64,000 nucleotides of DNA from Ostrea edulis (Eukaryota). The DNA is taken from positions 29,884,001 to 29,948,000 of the forward strand of contig NC_079168.1 in assembly GCF_947568905.1 (NCBI RefSeq), given 5' to 3'. The position numbers were made by a program, and so were the translations under genes. Shown one piece after another: positions 12,241-21,670 of this stretch (position 1 is the stretch's first letter; every line of letters starts with the position of its first letter). A model generated the notes under the pieces. The model searched no databases and was not told where the DNA came from. It worked only from the letters and a program-made list of their open reading frames with translations.

Positions 12241-12963
12241 ATTCATACCATTCGATTCGATGCACCGATTACAAATTCCGGATTTCGGTTCGGTTTAGAT
12301 TTTACTTACACCAAAACAACAAATATGGCGTCCGAGTGATGTTGAAAACATGTGGTTTTTTATGCAACAGAGATTTAAATCACTACTGTGTTAAGTTAGC
12401 ATTTTCACCACTCAGATACCAACAGAATATGGTCCGTAAGATCATTGTAGTTTATCTTTACATGACATAGCATTTCTGTTAGTGGTGGAGTGAAATTAAA
12501 TTAACATCGTAGGTAATGACACAGATTTGACAGTTAACATGAGAGAAGTAAATCAATAAAGGAGAGATTTTCAAAGACTCTCAATTGATAGAATTGTTGA
12601 ATTTTTGCATATCAATGAAAACAATATCATATACATTTTAGATTCACTATAGATTTGTTTAATAATCCAAAACTTATGCAGCACATTAATATAACAAATT
12701 TTGATAGACTGTCAGTATTTTCCTTTTTTCTATCAAAGTTATAAAATGCCATTATGAATAGACATGATGTTTACAAATGACAACATATAGTTATATAACT
12801 TGAATTAAATCAAATCAAATATGCTACTCATTAAAATTGTTAATTTTTGTGGTGTCATTAGATAAATTGGACCTAACATGAACCGAATCGAAAATAACCG
12901 AACCGTGCTGTTCTGAATCGAAACCGAACCGAATCGAGCTGACCCTGAATCGTCCCAGCCCTA
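12202..12963. mobile_element. hAT-type MITE (762 bp) inserted in the right foldback arm
   Basis: Termini TAGGGCTG...CAGCCCTA with a perfect 8-bp TSD TTTCTTAC (12194-12201 and 12964-12971). Sub-terminal AACCG/CCGAA arrays. Absent from the mirror site in the left arm (about 6100). Confidence 0.9.
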
Positions 12964-13471
12964 TTTCTTACGCTATTCACGCTTATGTTGAAATTTCAGG
13001 GTAACTCGAATCAAATTGTAAAAGTAGCAGATATCTCAAAATGGATGGTATATCAAATGATTGAAGGTCTGAATTCAATCTGTTGCACTTTTAAAGTAAA
13101 CACTCAGTTGAAAAAGTTTATTCGTATTTTGCATTGCAACGTTATGTAATTGGGGATAATTGAGCATGAAATTTCATACGACTCCTTGTCCTCTTTAGAA
13201 ATAAATCTGATAGATAATAATTTTCAAACTCATTAACCTTTATCTGGTAGCGAGCTATCAGTAATTATAACTTTTATATTTTGTAGTAGCTGGCTACGAG
13301 TAGTTAACTTTTCTTACTTTTAGTAGCTGGCTACTAGTAACTGGCTACTAGTAGCTAACTTTTCCTGGTTCAAGTAGTTGGCTACTAGTAGCCAACTTTT
13401 CTCTTTTTAAGTTGCCAGTTACTAGTAGCTGGTTACTAGTAGCCAACTTTACCGATCTAAACTCGAATGGG

Positions 13472-13472
<1 letters not shown>

Positions 13473-13524
<52 letters not shown>
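13473..13524. repeat. (TA)n microsatellite
   Basis: Uninterrupted TA run. Confidence 0.95.
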
Positions 13525-13526
<2 letters not shown>

Positions 13527-13555
13527 CAAAGCGGAAGTTGTCTATTCATATTGTA

Positions 13556-14108
13556 ATGGGAATCTATATCAAACCGCGCTTGCTGTGGATATTCATAATA
13601 TCACTTCTTGCGACAATGACACCGTCAATGTGTAGCAATATGTCCGCCTGGACAAATCTAACTTCCTCAATGGATGACAAAAGGTTACCCGACTCGGTGC
13701 TTATATGTACTTTTGTAAGTTGTTCTCTGTCCATCATGGGATCAATTGTCGTATTTGTAACCTATTGCACGATTCCCGAGGCAAAGAATCAAACCCGACG
13801 TCTACTCGTTTATCTGACGATCGCCGACCTTCTGACTTCGTCGGGGAATCTTCTAGGAGCTATACGATATTCCTACACTCACCGGAATCACGAACTGATT
13901 ACAGAACAACACATCCTTTGGCACTGTCATCACCCGGACGATGTTTGTGCCATTCAGAGTCTGATAAACACATTCTCTACGCTAGCCTCGTTTTCATGGA
14001 CTATAATTATCGGACTACATATTCTCTTAGCACTTGTGTACCAATCAGAATGGTGTTTTACTACCATGCCAAAAGTTCTGGCCCATTCTGTGTCTTGGGG
14101 TATACCAC
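13556..14108 (+). CDS. GPR157: GPR157-like (cAMP-receptor-like) 7TM GPCR, exon 1
   Basis: ATG at 13556 with a hydrophobic N-terminus. TM segments CSLSIMGSIVVFVTY, RRLLVYLTIADLL and CAIQSLINTFSTLASFSWT. Donor C|GTAAG at 14109 (phase 1). Confidence 0.8.
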
Positions 14109-14977
14109 GTAAGTTTTTTTTTTTTTTTTTTTTTTTTTTGGTTTTAAACCGAGGCAATGCTATTTCAACCGTTTGGATTTGAAAATAGTTGATAGTCGTG
14201 GGGCTCGTAATAAGCCCACTCCTTTATCGAACACCACGGCGACTGTCCGCCGCGTGCCATAAGAGTTGTAATCCCTGATACAGGACAACCGTTTAGGACC
14301 CAATCTGGCGGAGAATGGATATCATTATGGTTAAAGAAGTTAAATACAAAATAATAACTCGCATCAAGTGTTGTTCAATTACGATGTCTTCTTGTTCACT
14401 GAATTTGAAATAACATGAGATCTATTTATATATTCCTAGGGACCATTTTAGATGATTGCAAAGATTTTTCATCTTCATTGGGGTGTGTTTTTATTGATAA
14501 GAGGATCCTGTACTTAAAGCAATGTTATGTATTGTACATGTATATTCTGATGATGTTTTGAATTCACAAAATTTTTGAGTCCACGCATCGTATGCTAAAT
14601 ACAACGTTATGATTTAAAGATTGAATATCTATGATAAAAAATGTTTATTACTTTTTTCTTCCTGAAATAAATGTGTCCTTATCCGTCTAACTTTTGCTCA
14701 GTGTGTTAGTCAATAAAAGGAAACTACCACTTCATTTGTCTATTGCACTATCTTTTAAAGAGGAAAAAGTAGGTTTTCTGAAATCGAGACTCGCTGAAAC
14801 ACAATGGGTTGTGAAATCAGTAAACGGTGAACACAGATTAAACCGATTGTCAAATGCAAAAGTGTCATCATTTCCAGTTTAATAATTTCAATGCTATTAT
14901 AATGTGCAGAAAAAGCATGTCAAATTACTTCGTGGATCCGCTAATATTTCCCACACCAAAATCAACATACAAAACAC

Positions 14978-15190
14978 CTACTAATTAATACATTTATTAC
15001 TACTAATTAATACATTTATTACTACTAATTAATACATATTACTACTAATTAATATATTTATTACTACAAATTAATACATTTATTACAACTGATTAATACA
15101 TTTATTTCTACTAATTAATACATTTATTACTACTGATTAATAAATTTATTTCTACTAATTAATACATTTATTACTACTAATTTATACATT
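14978..15190 (+). repeat. 22-bp AT-rich minisatellite (CTACTAATTAATACATTTATTA, about 9.5 copies)
   Basis: Directly visible tandem units ending at the polypyrimidine tract of GPCR exon 2. Confidence 0.9.
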
Positions 15191-15206
15191 TCTTTCCATC
15201 TATCAG

Positions 15207-15412
15207 TCGTGATCACCTTGACAGCTGCCTTCAAGAATGTTCTCGGTGAGGATCTCTACATCGTAAGCGGCCCATGGTGCTGGATTAGGGGCTGTCTGGA
15301 CCGGGAAAACATCATTCTTTGGATGACAGTGGGTGGGAAAGGCTGGGAGATCTTGACCTATATCGTCACAGCGTTCCTGTACATTTATCTCAAGTACTAC
15401 ATGATTAGGAAG
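15207..15412 (+). CDS. GPR157: GPR157-like GPCR, exon 2
   Basis: Acceptor TCTATCAG|TC restores phase 1 (Leu). Encodes SGPWCWI...WMTVGGKGWEILTYIVTAFLY. Donor AAG|GTAAGC at 15413 (phase 0). Confidence 0.85.
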
Positions 15413-15577
15413 GTAAGCAGTTCCTGGTTCAAGTCGAAATCTCGTTTTATTCGCGTTCAAACTTTTTACGAACGCTAAAGGAAATAACGCAAAAGTATCT
15501 AATTTGAAATGTTCTACAAATATGCACATTTTATGTATTTGAATGTCAAATATGGGTATGTAGAACTTTACGTGAAC

Positions 15578-15580
<3 letters not shown>

Positions 15581-15620
<40 letters not shown>
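15581..15620. repeat. (TA)n microsatellite
   Basis: Uninterrupted TA run. Confidence 0.95.
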
Positions 15621-15621
<1 letters not shown>

Positions 15622-16889
15622 CGAAATAAATTGATTATTTTCAAGTGCCATAACTTTTTATTGCACAATTTTAAGGTAGATCTATGGACTCAATCATGAA
15701 AAAATTGTTTTTATAAGATAAGATATAATAATAATAATAATATGCGGCATATATATTCCAGTAATAGACAAACATTGGAAAATATACATGTTAACATGCT
15801 ATTTTCATTGTTATTGCTTCTCAAAACTAAGCACCCCATCCACATATAATCAGCATTAATGAAAATGTACCCCTCCTTCTTATTTTCTTAATAATTATTA
15901 TTTTCCCCAAACAAATGGGCTGTAATAAGCAACATAGACTATATACCCATTATTCAATGATATGTAATCGTTTATTTTATTAAATATGAATAACTAGTTT
16001 CATAATGTACACTTTGTGAGCCTAAACATGTTAAAAGAAATACTGTTGAAAATACCAATTGATGTCAATATTGGGTCTTTTCCCCCAATTTTTTATGGAC
16101 TAAACCTTGAATAAATTGTTTTAATTTAAAGATTATTATCACAAAAAAAGGATTTGACTAAGAAAATCATATGTTGTCATATCATTTTAAAAGCTATAAG
16201 CTCTACAACAAGTACCCCCCCCCTCCAAAAAAAATCTTGAATTATACATTATCATATTTGCATACGACATGTGAAATTTGAGTATATTCATACAACCTTG
16301 GATAATAATTTTAACTATGTTAAACTATAAGTATCATAAGATACATGTGGTTTGCAATTAGATTTTACATTTTATCTGAAAAGAAAAAAAACAACAACCC
16401 TGAAATAACAAACTGAATTTGATGGTTTCGCTTATATATGATTACTGCATGTGTGTAATGTGTGTTATATTTTATATCCTGCGACAAAGTTTTATATGAG
16501 TATCTACTTGGTCATGAAATCATTTACATGTACATAAATGAGATATACATGTATGTACATCACTTACTCCAATCTAAGTAGATGCAAACTCAACAAGGAA
16601 CTAATCGCGTTATACAGATACCGACCCAATAATTTTGAAAAAAGGAGAGGGGATGAGGAAAAAAATATAAAGTGAAATAAAACAAATCATTTGCAGCCGT
16701 TCTTGAAGCTTGCGTCAATATCTGCAACATTGGAGCAGCGAACACAACTACGATATTATCTGTGGTCAATGGAGTAGCGAAGTGTGAACTTTGATTTTTA
16801 CACAAGCTTACCATGTATTTGTTCACGATAATTTGGATTCAACAGCTGTGTAAGATGTTTGAATCAGCAATTATTACACTCGATTTTTT

Positions 16890-17104
16890 TTTTATTCACA
16901 TGGAAACGTCACCATTGCCGGTGAAGGGCTGCAAAATTTTGGCCTATGTTCGACACTGACGGCCTTTGAGTAGGACTCTTTATCGTGTCACGCCTGCTGT
17001 GGCACGGGGTCTCCGGCCGTTTTTGCGGTCTCATCCGAAGGACCGCCCCATTTAGTCGCCTATTACGACAAGCAATTGCAAGGGGTACTGAGGACCTATT
17101 TTAA
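16890..17104 (-). mobile_element. SINE copy interrupted by the Kolobok-like element (continues at about 22336-22350)
   Basis: Same body as 5032-5280. Ends GAGGACCTATTTTAA and resumes TTAACTCGGATCCTC after 22335, matching the intact CTATTCTAACCC continuation. Confidence 0.75.
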
Positions 17105-18143
17105 AGCTGACATGAATTAATAAATATGTACACCTTTCTCATCTTATCCGCCATATTTCTCTCAGGTAGCCTAATTTACTCTACCTGTATACACCCCAAA
17201 TATGATTCTCACACCTGAGTGATTTTTCTAGGTGGATTCGACCAGTGTACATCTCCGATTGTAATATTTAGGGAATGAGAAACAAATAAAATAACATTTT
17301 AAAACATTATGCTTTGCTCAAAATTACAAAATATTTATTGTATACCAATGCACCATTCTGGAAATTTAGATAAGTTGGACGAAAATGCAAAAAAGCTTTT
17401 CTTGCATACTTGCAAGTGCATGCAAGTATTTGCAGTTTCTTATAAAATAAATGCGGCGAACTCATTTGCCAATTACATACTGATAGAATGGAATAAGCAA
17501 AGAGCATAAAATATATTCCTTATATCAATTCTTGCAAAATAAAGGTGCATGCCATATGCATAATATGTAATGCACACGATATATTCGCCAAAAAAAAAAA
17601 AAATTAAACCGTATCAAATACGGGCGTCTATTCAACAGGTATCGGAGATTTGCACTTACCGAAATTATTAGATTCTCTTTATTCTGATAAATCCACGAAA
17701 CAAAATGATAAACTCCATTTGTATCTCGTTAGAACTTTACAACACGTTGTCAGACTGCAACACACTTCACCCGTGCCAAACAGGGTGTCTTCAATCAGGG
17801 GAGATGTCAGAGTCGAAATTTTTTTCCTGCATTGAAAGCTTGTCTGGTCGAGGTTTTGCAGTTTATAGAAATCGGGAATCTTTTATCTGGTTGGATATAT
17901 TGCGTGCACAATTCAAAATTTATAGATGATCATATACAAACTTGGATATACAAATAAGGGAATAATGATCAAAAAAATATATCTGTGTGAAAATGCGTGT
18001 ATTACATTTGCAATCCATGATAGACAGTTGATTACAAAAAGACACATATAAAAGGAAATATATAAACGAAAATATAGTTTTATTGTCTCTTTTGGAACCA
18101 CAATTATTTACGGTCTCTGTATGTCCATATTCATTGATTGAAC

Positions 18144-18145
<2 letters not shown>

Positions 18146-18184
<39 letters not shown>
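18146..18184. repeat. (GA)n microsatellite
   Basis: Uninterrupted GA run. Confidence 0.95.
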
Positions 18185-18188
<4 letters not shown>

Positions 18189-19196
18189 ACTTCGATGTAC
18201 AATATATCATATCACAGAAGGAAAGAAAATTGATCACTGATATAAATGTAAGCTTACAAGCAAATTAAAAAGAAAATATTAGTTTGAACTGTGCATGTAG
18301 AAAATACTGACTTTGTATGTTAGAATAACGGGAAAAAAGTGGGGGAAGCAGATTTCCTGCCAACCCCAACCCTCTGTATACGTGCCTGAAACAACATATC
18401 AATTCGTGTTGAAAGAAAGGTGCATATCTGCATTTCATTAAATTCCAAAGGAGCTCGAATTTATGTGTTCCCCTATTAATTATTTTGTATGCAAGATTTG
18501 TTCCCAAATTTAGAATCATGCTTTCAGTCAGAACAGAAATTCATTTTGAAGTACATCGAGTTTGAATGGAAATGTTGGGTTCCTTATTTTAATTTCATCA
18601 GACTTATTAGAACCCCCTCACCCAAACTATGCAGCTTTGTTTCTATTGATATCTAAATCAGTATATGAATCAGGATATAAATTATATAATGTTTTTTCGT
18701 GATCATATAGATAATGATACTAATAATGAAAAAGGAAAATGTTTATACTCTTGCCCTTTGCATATCCTACTATAATGCATACAGTATGTTGACATTGTAT
18801 CATCAAATAAAACCTCAACACGAATTTTACTGATTTATTAATACTAACATCTTATCGAATACATTTGAATTTGAAATTTCGACATACAGCGGTATGGCCA
18901 TTGCGCCAGATCTACGAAATGAAAATATCTATGAATAAATTACACTCAAGCCTGAAAGTAATCATTATGACATGCTACAAAAACGTTAAAACACACATAT
19001 GCTATATTCCTGCAATGCATGCATGCGATTTTTCTGAATACATGTATTTATGTATTCGTGAATGAAGTTCCTACGCTTAAAACTATCTTGGCCTTTATGC
19101 ATTTTGTTTTGTGATTTTGGTTTACCATTCCTTACACTGTGTAAATGAAGGAAAACTTGGTAAAGGATATAATTCTACACCATACAATAAGTATAC

Positions 19197-20122
19197 CAGG
19201 GCTCGAAATTAGCGAGAAATACTCGCAAAATGCGAGTACATTTGAAAAATAGCGAGTAAAAATAATGGACACTCGAAAATCTTAGCGAGTGGTGATTTAC
19301 AAACTATGATCGTATCGTATCCGTTTTATACGGTGATGCGCTATTCGCTTCTCTCAAACTTGCACTCTGAATCATACAAACGCTTACATGAACGACCGAT
19401 TTCAATAACCGTTTTTATCCGGATTTTTCTTTTATGATTTTTTAAGAGACTCGGAGTCAAACAAATGCTTTAGAGATCGGACATCGCATATCGACATGTG
19501 CCACGAGTCCTGTTCACCTATAGGGGTGATTAAATTGAATAATTCCAAGTATGATGTTTTTGTTATTCATTTATCTACAAAAAATATCGGAATCAATGTT
19601 TTACCAAGTCTTTCGGTAGTTATTTTTATCAGAATCATGAGAATGTCATATCTAAATTTATTGTCATATTGAGGTCGGGTTGTAGTGACGTGCATTTCTA
19701 ACCGCGTCGACGATTATCAAAAAAGTCATAGGACTCGTGATCGTGCTGCTTATAAAACCATGAGTCCTGTATTCGCTTTAAAAAAATCACTAGTGACAAC
19801 CCTGATGTGGCATGAAATTGGAAGACTGGATCTAGACATGCGGTAAACAAGTCGCGGATTAGACTGTTAGAGGTGTGATAATCAAGAGACCTAGACATTG
19901 CACCATATGACTTACGTAACTTAGTGTCTTGTCCAAAAGCTGCCTGTTGACCCACTAGGCTCAGTAATGATGGGGGAAATCATTGATTGAAAAAAAAAAT
20001 ATATAAAAAGAGCACTGCTTCATTATTTTCATTTTAACTTGTAGGTTTTCATTTTAGCCTGTGGATTTTTTACCCACAGGCTAAAATTAGCCTGTGGTAG
20101 AAAAAGTTAATTTCGACCCCTG
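19197..20122. mobile_element. hAT-like MITE (926 bp) nested in the Kolobok-like element
   Basis: TIRs CAGGGCTCGAAATTAGC / GTTAATTTCGACCCCTG. AGTATAC on both flanks (7 bp exact; 8 expected for hAT). Sub-terminal GCGAGT repeats at left and GCCTGTGG repeats at right. Confidence 0.75.
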
Positions 20123-21284
20123 AGTATACACGCATGTGTTACAAAGCAAAATGTACTTGTAATAACCAGACATGTACCGTCATTTTTCAGGGGGGGGGGG
20201 GGGGGGTACAACAGGGGGAAATAATGGAAAATTGGATTCTTCAAAATTTCTTGTCATTCAAAATAGTAATTAAAAAAGATGAACGAAAACAGCAATGAAA
20301 TCAAACAAAACACCCAAACAAACCAAGATGTTTTGTCCGATGTTCAAAGTTCTAAGGTGTTTTTAAAATAGTTTATTAATTTAGGAATAGGCACATATAC
20401 AATATAAATACAAGACAAGGAAGGGTTAAAGGGTTAAAGAGTCGTTTACTTTGACTGCCTCAATAATTTCCCCCTACACTTCATTTTCTTCAATCGTTGG
20501 GGGTGGGATGGGGTGGTTAGAGTCCTCTACTATGAGTGCCTCATATCTTCATTTTCTTAATTGGTGGTGGTGTGTGTCTTCTACTATTATATCAGAACTT
20601 TCAAGCTGGGGTCAAGTGGGGGAGGGGTTGTCACCCAATATATCTTTTATTTGCATTACAAAATAACAAAAAATGGATATTGTTATTAAAGGTGGGGGAC
20701 AGACACTCTTTTCCTCTCCCCTTGATTCTATGTGCTTGATAACGACGCATAATATGATAAACTCGACTATTACATTTTGCATTAGTACAATTTGCGTCGA
20801 GTTCAACGCAGAATGTAATAAGGCAAAATGGCATATAGATATATAAGATCTCTTGGGCGCCAAATTAGCATAAAATAAAGTAATTGAAAATAACACTATT
20901 TAAAGATATGTTTAATTTTTAATTATTGCGTGCTTTAAATGAATCAAATAAATCTGTATTATCAATTCATGAGAGCAATATTGAGTTACTAGTACTGTTC
21001 TCTTTTATTGAATTTGCGATATCATTTGTTTTAATAAGAGCGTGAGTATTACAAGATCGTTTGAATCCTCTCTCTCTCTCTCTCTCTCTCTCGGTAAATA
21101 TTATACTGATACTTCCCCTGATTGAAGATAGCTGATCGGCACGGGCTAAGTGTGTCGCAGTCTGTACAATGGACAACGGTATTTACTGTTGGAATGCAAA
21201 TGGAGTTTATCGTTTTGTTTCATGGATTATGCAAATAAAGGGAGTTTTACTACTACTTTAGAGTATTTTCGACAACTGTACCAT

Positions 21285-21670
21285 AGTTTGGCGTGCTTTC
21301 TTTTGTTAAAAGTGTGGGTTATCTGTACATAACCCACACTTTTCTTCAAACCCCGCCCACATTCTCGAAAAAAAAAAAAAAAAACACCCAACAACATCAC
21401 TGTCCACTGTATGAAGTTTCTCCAGATTAAAATTGCACATATCAAACACGGATAACTGACTCAGACTAAGTTCTCCAAATACATTATAAATATTTGCACT
21501 GAATCTCACTTAAACCTTGATACAAGATAATATCGTCAATGGTTTCGTCCCAAAGACTTTCTATTTCCATATTCTCCTCAAGTCGAGAAGCTACGCTCCC
21601 TCGTGTCATTATGACCACACCCATCGGGTATCTGCACATAACCAACAATATCATATGGGGTAATTACTAC
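21285..21670 (+). repeat. internally deleted copy of the hairpin-ended repeat at 37495-38545
   Basis: 21285-21588 matches 37571-37864 and is joined directly to GCTACGCTCCCTCGTGTCATTATGACC..., which matches 38464-38540. Confidence 0.85.

Larger units (their letters stand above)
5515..13458. mobile_element. 7.9-kb foldback (FB/Mutator-like) non-autonomous element: giant palindrome with satellite arms
   Basis: Termini AGATCGGTAAAGTTGGCTACTAG (5515) and CTAGTAGCCAACTTTACCGATCT (13458) are reverse complements, and the mirror symmetry continues inward. Flanks AAATTCGAA (5506-5514) and AAACTCGAA (13459-13467) form a 9-bp TSD, 8/9 identical. Symmetry axis at 8917/8918. No transposase ORF. Confidence 0.9.
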
